In this document: positions 1-10,528 of the stretch, one piece after another
Numbering within the stretch: the stretch's first letter is position 1
How the letters are laid out: each line of letters begins with the position of its first letter
Origin: Verrucomicrobiia bacterium
Lineage (GTDB): Bacteria; Verrucomicrobiota; Verrucomicrobiia; Limisphaerales; UBA11358
Direction of reading: 5' to 3'
Assembly: GCA_036498725.1 (NCBI GenBank)
Contig: DASYEY010000083.1
Coordinates: 21,674-85,673, forward strand
DNA: 64,000 nucleotides
Translations under genes and position numbers: made by a program
The notes under the pieces: model-generated
The model's database searches: none
Told to the model about the DNA's origin: nothing
What the model saw: only the letters and a program-made list of their open reading frames with translations

Positions 1-329
1 ATTTTCTCCAAGGCAAAAAAGTGGCCTCATTGAGCGGCATCGCCCAACCGGAAAGCTTTGAACAAAGCCTCGTGCGACTGGGCAGTACGCTCGTCTATGC
101 CAAACGATTTGCCGATCATCACCGGTTTACCCAGCAGGAAATCTTGAATGCCATTAACCGCAGCAAAAAACGGCAGGCGGAGATCATTCTGACCACACAA
201 AAAGATGCCGTGCGTTTTCCCAAGATTGACCGGCGTGATCTTTCCATTTATTTCATGCGCGTAGAAATCAAGATCGTCGCCGGGGCGAATGACTTTCAGG
301 ATTGCGTGCGTAAAATCTGTTTTCGCTGA
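1..329 (+). CDS. lpxK: Tetraacyldisaccharide 4'-kinase, C-terminal part (5' end outside window)
   Basis: The frame is open from the window edge. 'FADHHRFTQQEI...IILTTQKDAVRF' matches the conserved LpxK C-terminus. The stop TGA 327-329 overlaps the next ATG (329). Confidence 0.7.
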   Translation, partial: FLQGKKVASLSGIAQPESFEQSLVRLGSTLVYAKRFADHHRFTQQEILNAINRSKKRQAEIILTTQKDAVRFPKIDRRDLSIYFMRVEIKIVAGANDFQDCVRKICFR

Positions 330-1198
330 TGAATACCCTGCTCTATTGGTTTGGCCGCATGTTCATCACTGCCATCCAGCTACTGCCGCTGAACTGGGTG
401 GCACGCCTTGGGCGGGCGGCGGGCGCCCTCACATTTCATCTGGATGCCCGGCATCGGCGTGTAGTCGTACAAAATTTGACCCTGTGTTTTGGATCGGAAA
501 AATCGGCGGCGGAGATCAACGCCATCGCCCGGGAAAATTTCCAACGGCTCGGCGAAAATTATCTTTCCGCCATCAAGACGGCCGTCATGACTCCGCAACA
601 ATTGCTGCCACACTTTGAATTCATTGGGGCGGAAAAAATCCGGCCGCCGCAGAGTAACAACGGCCCGAAAAACGGCGTGGTAGTCCTCGGCCATTTTGGC
701 AACTTTGAACTTTATGGCCGATTCCAAGAATTTGTTCCGGCGTACCAATGCGCCGCGACTTACCGCGCCTTGAAGCAACCCGGTCTCAACCGATTACTGG
801 TGGAATTACGCTTGCGTTCCGGCTGTCTTTTTTTTGAACGCCGCACGGATAGCACTGCCCTCAAAGCGGCAATGAACAGCACTGGATTACTGCTGGGGCT
901 GCTCGCTGACCAAAGTGCCAGGGGCTTGCGCATTCCCTTTCTTGGTCATGATTGCAATACCTCCACCGCTCCGGCCGTTTTTGCCCTGCGCTATCAATGC
1001 CCGATGTACTCGGCTATTTGCTATCGTGTCGGCCTGGCCCGCTGGCGCGTTGAAGTCGGCGAAGAAATTCCCACGCACGAAAATGGTGAATCACGCTCCA
1101 TCGAAGCCATCATGCGCGACGTGAATCTCGTTTTGGAAAAAGCCGTGCGCCGCGACCCCGCCAACTGGTTTTGGGTGCATCGCCGGTGGAAACAATAA
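329..1198 (+). CDS. Lipid A biosynthesis (Kdo)2-lipid IVA acyltransferase / LPLAT family (LpxL/HtrB-like)
   Basis: It has the HX4E/D acyltransferase motif 'LGHFGNFELYG' and the typical C-terminal 'PANWFWVHRRWK'. It is translationally coupled to lpxK. Confidence 0.75.
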   Translation: MNTLLYWFGRMFITAIQLLPLNWVARLGRAAGALTFHLDARHRRVVVQNLTLCFGSEKSAAEINAIARENFQRLGENYLSAIKTAVMTPQQLLPHFEFIGAEKIRPPQSNNGPKNGVVVLGHFGNFELYGRFQEFVPAYQCAATYRALKQPGLNRLLVELRLRSGCLFFERRTDSTALKAAMNSTGLLLGLLADQSARGLRIPFLGHDCNTSTAPAVFALRYQCPMYSAICYRVGLARWRVEVGEEIPTHENGESRSIEAIMRDVNLVLEKAVRRDPANWFWVHRRWKQ

Positions 1199-1202
1199 GC
1201 CC

Positions 1203-2333
1203 ATGACCGATCCGCTGCCATCCTCACCCAGTCCGCGCCGCATCCTCGTGCGCAGCGTGAACTGGCTGGGTGATGCCGTGATGAGCACGCCGGCGCTCCG
1301 ACGATTGCGTGAACGATTTCCCGATGCCAGCATCACTTTGCTAACGCCGGCTAAATTGGCCGGCCTGTGGGAACATCACCCGGCGATTGACGAAATCATT
1401 TCATTTACTGCCGAAGAAAATATTTTTGCTGTCGCAAAAAAATTGCGCCCGGCGAACTTTGATTTGGCGCTCGTGCTGCCCAATTCGCCGCGTTCCGCGC
1501 TGGAAACCTGGCTGGCTGGCATCCCCCAACGCATTGGCTATGCGCGTCCCTGGCGGAATTTTTTCCTGACCCGCACCGTCGCCTCCCGGCCGGAAGCGGT
1601 AAAAATGCACAAGCGATCCACGGCAGAAATTCATCAATTGATCGCACAGCCAGCTGGCAGGGGAAATCCAAAACCAAAAATCCCTCAAGCGGCGCATCAA
1701 ATATTTGAGTATCTGCATTTGACCGCCGCGCTGGGCGCGAATTCCGAACCGCTGGCGCCACAATTGTTCGTCACACCGGAAGAAATGGCGGCCGCCAAAA
1801 CGAAATTCGGTTTGGATAAAATCTCCGGGCCTATTTTCGGACTGAATCCCGGGGCGGAATATGGCCCGGCCAAACGCTGGCCGGTTGAAAAATTTATCGC
1901 GGCCGCCACAGAAATCCACCAACACACGGATTGCGTCTGGATATTATTCGGCGGCAAGGGCGACGCCGAATTAGGTGCACAAATTGAAGCTGGAACCAGG
2001 AATTTAAAATTTAAAATTTTAAACTTAACCGGCCAAACATCCCTGCGCGAACTTATGGCGTTGCTAAAGCTTTGTCGCGTTCTCCTAACGAATGATACTG
2101 GCCCTGCTCACGCCGCGGTCGCGTTAAATACCCCTTTGGTCATCCCCTTTGGCAGCACTTCGCCCGAATTGACCGCCCCGGGTTTGCCGGGCGATCCCCG
2201 AAATCATCTGCTCCAGTCTGACGCCCCATGCTCGCCCTGTTTCCTGCGTGAATGCCCGATTGATTTCCGTTGCATGAACGACATCACGGTCGAACGCGTA
2301 GTGAAAGCCGTTTTGGCGGCGGCCAACCAATAA
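1203..2333 (+). CDS. Glycosyltransferase family 9 (ADP-heptose:LPS heptosyltransferase, WaaF-like)
   Basis: The N-terminus 'RILVRSVNWLGDAVMSTPALRRLRERFP' and 'LLTNDTGPAHAAVALNTP' are GT9 hallmarks. It starts 4 nt after the previous gene. Confidence 0.8.
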   Translation: MTDPLPSSPSPRRILVRSVNWLGDAVMSTPALRRLRERFPDASITLLTPAKLAGLWEHHPAIDEIISFTAEENIFAVAKKLRPANFDLALVLPNSPRSALETWLAGIPQRIGYARPWRNFFLTRTVASRPEAVKMHKRSTAEIHQLIAQPAGRGNPKPKIPQAAHQIFEYLHLTAALGANSEPLAPQLFVTPEEMAAAKTKFGLDKISGPIFGLNPGAEYGPAKRWPVEKFIAAATEIHQHTDCVWILFGGKGDAELGAQIEAGTRNLKFKILNLTGQTSLRELMALLKLCRVLLTNDTGPAHAAVALNTPLVIPFGSTSPELTAPGLPGDPRNHLLQSDAPCSPCFLRECPIDFRCMNDITVERVVKAVLAAANQ

Positions 2334-2365
2334 AAAAAAGCCGCCGGATTGCTCCGGCGGCTTCG
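2331..2365. terminator. Bidirectional rho-independent terminator between convergent GT9 gene and ilvC
   Basis: The GC hairpin agccgccgga-ttgc-tccggcggct (2339-2362) is preceded by an A8 run, which reads as a U-run on the minus strand, and is followed by tcgatattt. Confidence 0.7.
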
Positions 2366-2402
2366 ATATTTAAATCGGAAATCGCGATTCCGAAATCATC
2401 AA

Positions 2403-3425
2403 TCAATAAGCAGCTTGCGCGCCCTTGATGGAACGCTTTTTCATCCACGGCATCATGCCACGCAGTTTGGCACCCGTCTTTTCGATCGGATGCGTTTCGC
2501 CCTTCTTGAGCAACGCATTGTAACGTTTGTAACCGCCTTCGTATTCTTTGACCCAATCTTTGGCGAACTTGCCGGACTGGATGTCCTTGAGCGCCGCTTT
2601 CATGCGTTTTTTCACGCTGGCGTCAATGATCTTCGGACCAACGCTGACGTCACCCCACTTGGCGGTTTCAGAGATCGAGAAACGCATGCCGCTGATGCCG
2701 GCCTCGTTCATGAGGTCGGCGATCAACTTCAATTCATGCAAACATTCGAAGTAAGCCATTTCCGGTGAATAACCGGCTTCGACCAACACTTCAAAACCAG
2801 CTTGCACCAGCGCGCTCGCGCCGCCGCAGAGAACAGTTTGTTCACCGAACAAATCGGTTTCGGTTTCTTCCTTGAAGTTGGTTTCGAGAACACCAGCGCG
2901 CGTACCGCCGATACCCTTGGCCCAGGCGAGCGCAATCTTTTTCGCGTCCTTCCCGGGGTTTTGGTAGATGGCGATCAAGCTCGGCACGCCCTTGCCTTCA
3001 GTGTATTGACGGCGAACGGTGTGGCCCGGGCCTTTCGGCGCGACCATGATGATGTTCACGTCCTTCGGCGGGACGATGGTCTTGAAATGGATCGAGAAGC
3101 CATGGGTGAACACGAGGGTCTTGCCCTTGGTCAGGTTCGGCTTGATGTCCTTCAGATAGCACGCGCCCTGCTTGGTGTCCGGCAGCGCGACCATGATGAC
3201 GTCAGCCTGTTTCACCGCTTCCGCAGTGCTAACGACCTTGAAACCTTTTTCCTTGGCGACCGGAATAGACTTGCTGCCTTCGTAAAGGCCGATGATGACC
3301 TTGAGGCCGCTGTCTTTGAGGTTAAGCGCGTGCGCGTGGCCTTGGGAGCCGAAACCAAGCACTGCGAGGGTTTTATTTTTCAACACGCCGAGATCGGCGT
3401 CTTTGTCGGTATAGACTTTTGACAT
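2403..3425 (-). CDS. ilvC: Ketol-acid reductoisomerase
   Basis: '[21 protein letters not shown]' is the NADPH-binding site, and similarity to class I KARI runs along the full length. Confidence 0.95.
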   Translation of the reverse strand: MSKVYTDKDADLGVLKNKTLAVLGFGSQGHAHALNLKDSGLKVIIGLYEGSKSIPVAKEKGFKVVSTAEAVKQADVIMVALPDTKQGACYLKDIKPNLTKGKTLVFTHGFSIHFKTIVPPKDVNIIMVAPKGPGHTVRRQYTEGKGVPSLIAIYQNPGKDAKKIALAWAKGIGGTRAGVLETNFKEETETDLFGEQTVLCGGASALVQAGFEVLVEAGYSPEMAYFECLHELKLIADLMNEAGISGMRFSISETAKWGDVSVGPKIIDASVKKRMKAALKDIQSGKFAKDWVKEYEGGYKRYNALLKKGETHPIEKTGAKLRGMMPWMKKRSIKGAQAAY

Positions 3426-3464
3426 AAAATGATTGAGTTGGTTAAAAATTGTCGAAACGTTTGC

Positions 3465-3938
3465 TTACTTCCGCGGCAAGGCCACCTGGCCGGTGCGGGT
3501 GATTTCCTGCACGCCAAATGAATTCATCAAGTCGAGGAATTTCTCCACCTTGCTGCCGTTGCCAGTGATCTCGATGGTCAGCGATTTCGGCTGCACATCC
3601 ACGATCTTGGCGCGAAAAATATCCGTGATCTGCATCACTTCGGCGCGCGACTTGGAATCCACCGCGATTTTCACCAGTACTAGTTCGCGGTCCACCGCTT
3701 CACCAGCCCGGAAGTTTTGCACCTTGATGACATCGGGCAGGCGGTTGAGTTGTTTGACGATCTGCTCCAATTTGGCTTCATCACCCGTCGTGACAATGGT
3801 CATCCGCGAGAGGCCGGCATCGTGCGTGGGACCGACGTTGAGCGTATCAATGTTGTAGCCACGTCCACTGAATAAACCAGCCACGCGCGTAAGCACGCCG
3901 AACTTGTTCTCAACCAAAACTGAAATGGTATGTCGCAT
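3465..3938 (-). CDS. ilvN: Acetolactate synthase small (regulatory) subunit
   Basis: 'HTISVLVENKFGVLTRVAGLFSGRGYNIDTLNVGPT' is the ACT domain. I chose the ATG at 3938 (MRHTISV...). The ORF track extends to 3992, but that N-terminal extension is not family-like. Confidence 0.9.
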   Translation of the reverse strand: MRHTISVLVENKFGVLTRVAGLFSGRGYNIDTLNVGPTHDAGLSRMTIVTTGDEAKLEQIVKQLNRLPDVIKVQNFRAGEAVDRELVLVKIAVDSKSRAEVMQITDIFRAKIVDVQPKSLTIEITGNGSKVEKFLDLMNSFGVQEITRTGQVALPRK

Positions 3939-4005
3939 ATAAAACCGTTGGAAACGGACAGAAAGCCTAGCAACCCGGACAAATGTGGTCAATTTGCAAA
4001 TTTAC
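3880..4005. repeat. Repeat A: ilvN 5' end plus upstream region (master copy of the duplicate at 5215-5340)
   Basis: By hand alignment, 3914-3974 versus 5248-5308 shows 8 mismatches in 61 nt. The region contains the 12-bp perfect palindrome aatttgcaaatt (3992-4003). Confidence 0.8.
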
Positions 4006-4100
4006 CGGCGGCGGATGTTTGCGCCGGGCGCCGTTTTTGTCCGCCTCGGAAACTTTCTCCTTGCCCGCCACTGACACGCAGTTCAGTGTGGCAGCATTAA

Positions 4101-5198
4101 ATGCCAAAACGCGTCTGCCCTCATTGCGGTTTTGCTTTCGAGATCCCGAACTCGCTGGTCGGCGAAGATTTTTATTGTCCGCGCTGCGCCAAGAACATCA
4201 TGCAACCCCGTGAGGTCCGCGCCCCGCACGAAAAAATAAAATTGGTCGTCACGCCGCCGCCGGAACAGGTCTATTCCGCCCTCCAGCTCGCCGACATCGC
4301 ACAGCGGATCATCACCAACGTCCAGTGTGTCATCGTTGGCAAATTGGAGTCGGTGACCCTCGCCGTCGTCGGTTTGTTTGCGGAAGGGCATCTCCTGCTG
4401 GAAGATGTTCCGGGCGTGGCGAAAACCATGTTGTCCCGCGCCGTCGCGCAAAGCGTCGGTTGCAGCTTCAAGCGCATCCAATGCACGCCGGATTTGCAGC
4501 CGGAAAATGTCATTGGCGATTTCATTCTCGACCCGACGACAGGCAGAAAAGATTTTCGTTTCGGCCCATTATTTTCGCAGATGGTTTTGGTGGATGAAAT
4601 CAACCGCGCCAGTCCGCGCACCCAGGCGGCGTTGCTGGAAGCCATGGGCGAAGGCGCCGTGACCATGGACCGCACTACGTACCGGCTCGAACGTCCGTTC
4701 ATGGTGATGGCCACCCAGAATCCGATTGATCAGGAAGGCACGTTTCGTCTGCCGGAAGCGCAGATGGACCGTTTTCTGATCCGTATGAGCTTGGGTTACC
4801 CCAGTGCCGAAGAAGAAAAAGAGATGTGCGTCCGCGCGCAGCAGCAACATCCGATTGAAACGATCAAGCCGGTGACGACCGCAGAGGAAATTTTGAAATG
4901 CCAGCGCGGGGTGCGCGACATTACCGTCGGCACCGAAGCGCGCGATTATCTCGTCGCGCTCACCCGGGCGACCCGCGAACATCCGGCGTTGCGCCTCGGT
5001 GCCAGCCCGCGCGGTTCCCTGGGATTATTTCACGCCGCCCAAGCCCTGGCGGCGATTCAAGGGCTGGCCTCAGTTTCCATCGAACATATCAAAACCATCG
5101 CCATCCCGGTGTTGGCCCATCGTTTATTGGTGCGAGCGGAAGCATTGAAAGAATATCCGGATGGCGCTGCTGTGATCCGCGAAATCCTCAAAAAATAA
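4101..5198 (+). CDS. MoxR-family AAA+ ATPase with N-terminal CxxC...CxxC zinc ribbon
   Basis: The zinc ribbon is 'CPHCGFAFEIPNSLVGEDFYCPRC'. The MoxR core includes 'LLLEDVPGVAKT' (Walker A), 'VLVDEINRA' (Walker B) and 'VMATQNPIDQEGTFRLPEAQMDRF'. Confidence 0.85.
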   Translation: MPKRVCPHCGFAFEIPNSLVGEDFYCPRCAKNIMQPREVRAPHEKIKLVVTPPPEQVYSALQLADIAQRIITNVQCVIVGKLESVTLAVVGLFAEGHLLLEDVPGVAKTMLSRAVAQSVGCSFKRIQCTPDLQPENVIGDFILDPTTGRKDFRFGPLFSQMVLVDEINRASPRTQAALLEAMGEGAVTMDRTTYRLERPFMVMATQNPIDQEGTFRLPEAQMDRFLIRMSLGYPSAEEEKEMCVRAQQQHPIETIKPVTTAEEILKCQRGVRDITVGTEARDYLVALTRATREHPALRLGASPRGSLGLFHAAQALAAIQGLASVSIEHIKTIAIPVLAHRLLVRAEALKEYPDGAAVIREILKK

Positions 5199-5214
5199 AC
5201 CCGGCGTACTTTAG

Positions 5215-5340
5215 TCAACCACGCGAACAGGCCAGACTTATTTTCAGCCAAAACTGAAATGGCATTCTGCATATAAAACCGCTGGAAACGGACGGAAAAC
5301 CTGGCAACGCGTATGGAACGGATTCAGTTTGCAAATTTGA
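5215..5340 (-). pseudogene. Repeat A': decayed duplicate of the ilvN start codon region and its upstream sequence
   Basis: The minus-strand 'MQNAISVLAENKSGLFAWL' (ATG 5272) mirrors ilvN 'MRHTISVLVENKFGVLTRV'. Upstream nucleotide similarity includes tttgcaaattt. The reading frame then runs antisense into the moxR 3' end. Confidence 0.75.
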
Positions 5341-5423
5341 CAGAAATGACACTTGCACAAGATCAAACATGATGTAAGTTCACAACTAGAATCAGCACCT
5401 AAAACTATCTTCAGTTATCTATT

Positions 5424-6623
5424 ATGAAAATAATCAGGTTATTATTTGTGCTCGGCATGTTGTTTTTTTCCTGTTTAGCGATTACCACTCGCGCCGATAT
5501 TTTGGAGCATTGGACGACCAGCCAGATCTCAACTAATTCCATCAATGACATTCTTTATGGCGGCAATCGCTTTGTTGCCACTGCAACTTACTATGATGAA
5601 GGATTGATCTATTCATCGGCTGACGGATTGCATTGGAGCTTGAGTGCTCTCGACAACAGCTCGTGGGGACTACAAATGTTTTATGCCGATGGGCAATTCA
5701 CCGGCATCAGCAGCTTTGGAATCATTGTGACCTCCACAAACGGTGACGATTGGATGTTTAATCATAACCTGCCATCTCCATACGCCAATCGTGGCATTTA
5801 TTCTTCTACTATAGGTTCTTATGGGATAGCTCATGGCAATGATACGTATGTAGTGGTTGGTGACACCAATGGTGTTGGCTACATAATCACTTCCAGTGAT
5901 GGCACGAATTGGAGTCGGGTGACATCGGTGGCAGTACAAAACCGGGCCCATATTGGAAGCGTTGCTTATGGTTCTGGAGTATTCATCGCATTGGGTGATA
6001 ACGACGGCTGTGCCTACAGGGGGGTAATTCAAACACTGCCGCCCGGCGGACCAGGCTCATTCGTTTGGACTTCGTTTTCCATACCTACCAATAACCAGGT
6101 ATTTTATAATAGTGGATTATTCATGGTGGCTTACCAAGGAACCAATCTGATCTCAAACGATGGCTATAATTGGACGCTTATCCCCACAGGAATTACCAAT
6201 AAATTACAGAATATTACCTATGCCGGCGGTTTATTTATGGCCAATTCAGGACCTTGCATGGCGACTTCAACGGATGGAACAAACTGGTTTCAATATTCAG
6301 AATATCTATACGGCCACGGCTTTGCTTCAGATGGCATCCGCGTGGCAGGCTACTACAATGACAATGCGCTTACACCAAACGCATTTATTTACACATCGGA
6401 TCCATTGGTAGATGTGGGCATAACAAATTCGGCCCCCCTATATATCACAGTATCCGGCTTGATTGGACGTAATTATCAAATTCAATCTACCGACAATTTG
6501 CTTGGGCAGAATATCTGGCGCACAAACACAACTTTACAATTGACCAATACGCCCTGCGTGTGGACGAATTCAACAGCGACCAATTCACAAGGGTTTTATC
6601 GCGGCGTCCTGCTGTCGCCTTAA
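5424..6623 (+). CDS. Secreted BNR/Asp-box repeat protein (beta-propeller-like) with FYR-type C-terminal tail
   Basis: The signal peptide is 'MKIIRLLFVLGMLFFSCLAITTRA'. SxDGxxW-type motifs recur (SSADGLHW, TSTNGDDW, TSSDGTNW, ISNDGYNW, TSTDGTNW). The C-terminus is '...NSQGFYRGVLLSP'. The gene is visibly more AT-rich than its neighbours. Confidence 0.65.
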   Translation: MKIIRLLFVLGMLFFSCLAITTRADILEHWTTSQISTNSINDILYGGNRFVATATYYDEGLIYSSADGLHWSLSALDNSSWGLQMFYADGQFTGISSFGIIVTSTNGDDWMFNHNLPSPYANRGIYSSTIGSYGIAHGNDTYVVVGDTNGVGYIITSSDGTNWSRVTSVAVQNRAHIGSVAYGSGVFIALGDNDGCAYRGVIQTLPPGGPGSFVWTSFSIPTNNQVFYNSGLFMVAYQGTNLISNDGYNWTLIPTGITNKLQNITYAGGLFMANSGPCMATSTDGTNWFQYSEYLYGHGFASDGIRVAGYYNDNALTPNAFIYTSDPLVDVGITNSAPLYITVSGLIGRNYQIQSTDNLLGQNIWRTNTTLQLTNTPCVWTNSTATNSQGFYRGVLLSP

Positions 6624-6689
6624 AACTTGCGGTTGCCCACGTCTTTTCTGCTTGTTTCATCAATGCGGCAGGAGTGGGCTGGTCAATAC

Positions 6690-6798
6690 TAAACGCCAAA
6701 ACGCGCCTGGTCCCATTGCAATCTTGCTTCGACATCCCAAACCCCTGGTCGGCGAAGGTTAAATTTTTATTGTCAGCGTTGTACCAGAAACAGCATGT
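6690..6798 (+). pseudogene. Repeat B': frameshifted fragment homologous to the moxR start and zinc-ribbon codons (4098-4205)
   Basis: aaacgccaaaacgcgcctggtcccattgca...ctggtcggcgaagg...tttttattgtcagcgttgtaccagaaac aligns with aaatgccaaaacgcgtctgccctcattgcgg...ctggtcggcgaaga-tttttattgtccgcgctgcgccaagaac. The ATG is lost (acg) and there are indels. Confidence 0.7.
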
Positions 6799-6927
6799 AA
6801 TCTCACAAGGTTTGGACTCAAAATAAAAACCCAAACATCCCGAAATTAGACCTACATTCGTCCGGCCGCCGGCAAGTTTTTATACAGTTAAATTTGCAAT
6901 CAGCCGCCGCACCGCTATTTTTCTCCT

Positions 6928-9600
<2,673 letters not shown>

Positions 9601-9630
<30 letters not shown>

Positions 9631-9996
9631 TGGGCTAGTTGTTGAGATCAGGGCCAGACTGCACGGGCGGCCGTCGCGCGTTTTCATTTTGCCGACGGCG
9701 CGATCCCATTGCGTTTTGCCATCCACTTCAAAACGGTAAAAGCACCAACCGGACGGGAGTTTCAATTGCGCGATCCAATCGTTGGCGCTCCGTTGCATCC
9801 GCACGCGCAAACGCTTGCCGTTCGCGAACGCCTCCAGGATGACCGAGCGCACGGCTGCTGGCGCCGAAAGCTGGAACAACGTTTTACCCGTATTAAAATT
9901 CGTGCAATACATGGACAGATTAAAGCGGAAAACCCGCGCCGCCGCCGCCGTTCGCTTGCTATAATTTGATGGTGGATTGCGGTCACTTATCTGCAT
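9601..9996 (-). CDS. CBM48 / AMPK-beta-like glycogen-binding domain protein
   Basis: '[27 protein letters not shown]...[25 protein letters not shown]' fits the CBM48 pattern. The true start may be the internal Met at 9912. The 3' end overlaps the convergent GH63-like gene by 30 nt. Confidence 0.5.
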
Positions 9997-10017
9997 TTAA
10001 GTGGAACTCATCGTATA

Positions 10018-10053
10018 AACGACAGGGCAAAGCTGTGGCTTTGCCCTGTCGTT
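10018..10053. other. Perfect 15-bp stem-loop
   Basis: aacgacagggcaaag-ctgtgg-ctttgccctgtcgtt. On the minus strand it is followed by tata..., a weak U tract. Confidence 0.6.
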
Positions 10054-10059
10054 AAATCA

Positions 10060-10135
10060 TCCTCATTCTCATCGTCGTCCTCGTTCTTGATTCTCCCCCA
10101 GCCTGCGAGGACGAGGACGACGATGAGAATGAGGA
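10060..10135. repeat. Long hairpin: 24-25 bp perfect inverted repeat of a (GAN/TCN)-rich motif
   Basis: The left arm cctcattctcatcgtcgtcctcgt (10061-10084) is the reverse complement of acgaggacgacgatgagaatgagg (10111-10134), with a 26-nt loop. A related motif lies at 63651-63677. Confidence 0.85.
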
Positions 10136-10189
10136 CGACAGCCAAGGTCGAAAAATATGAATGAGCGCAACCTTCAAATACAATAGTGG

Positions 10190-10335
10190 TGGGTGGAATG
10201 GGTTGCGCTGCGACCCATTATGACGGCAACGCCGGCACTTTGTGGTGGGCTCTGATATTTGGACGCGCAACAACTCATCACCTGACGCTACGCTCGGTGA
10301 CGATTTTGGCCTCAGCGCAGCCAAAGCCACCGTTA
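10190..10335 (+). ncRNA. Candidate structured RNA / structured repeat, copy 1 of 3
   Basis: Hairpins are H1 10197-10219, H2 10222-10236, H3 10275-10303 and H4 10305-10325. The conserved blocks actttgtgg and gcgcagccaaagccacc are present. Stems covary with the copies at 58137-58282 (-) and 63431-63580 (+). Confidence 0.45.
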
Positions 10336-10528
10336 GGGCCAACTGCAGGGAAAAGTTGCTGTTTTGTCCATTTATAAGCATGACGATGGCAGAAAAGTGA
10401 ACGCCTATTTAAATATTGGAGATCGACGGAGTCGCGCTCCGCCAAAAATAAACAATGAAGCTCCGCCCAGCCCTTTACGAGATAGTTTTTAAATTCTGCA
10501 TGGCCTTGAAGCCCATTTCAGCAGTAAG

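Noticed and set aside
2001-2026. AT-only run aatttaaaatttaaaattttaaac inside the GC-rich GT9 gene, which looked like an insertion or promoter.
   Set aside because: It is in frame (NLKFKILNL) within an otherwise continuous, well-conserved GT9 reading frame. It is most likely a tolerated loop, with no evidence of a separate element.
3939-3992. N-terminal ORF extensions from the six-frame track. These are ilvN to 3992, 16865 gene to 19078, 21938 gene to 23353, DUF1559 to 26074, P3 from 42186, DedA from 55681, GH29 from 56429, AKR from 58749 and ogt to 61923.
   Set aside because: Internal ATGs give family-typical N-termini or signal peptides and remove overlaps with upstream genes. The extensions have no homology-like features.
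3939-4100. Possible ilv leader peptide, attenuator or T-box upstream of ilvN.
   Set aside because: I could find no Ile/Leu/Val-rich mini-ORF, no terminator/antiterminator pair and no T-box specifier structure. The only feature is the palindrome aatttgcaaatt, which is also partly retained in the duplicate copy. I mention it under the repeat feature only.
10052-10381. ORFs spanning the three structured-element copies as possible small protein genes: 10052-10381 (-), 10186-10377 (+), 58093-58347 (-), 63432-63692 (+) and 63386-63583 (-).
   Set aside because: Apparent peptide conservation (e.g. 'LGDDFGRSAAKAT', 'VALAALRPKSSPS') appears in several frames at once, simply because the core is nearly identical at nucleotide level. 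Outside the core, the substitutions are compensatory in stems and non-conservative in protein (Y/D/H). Copy 1 needs a frameshift to keep the frame. I kept this as a caveat in the findings rather than calling a CDS.
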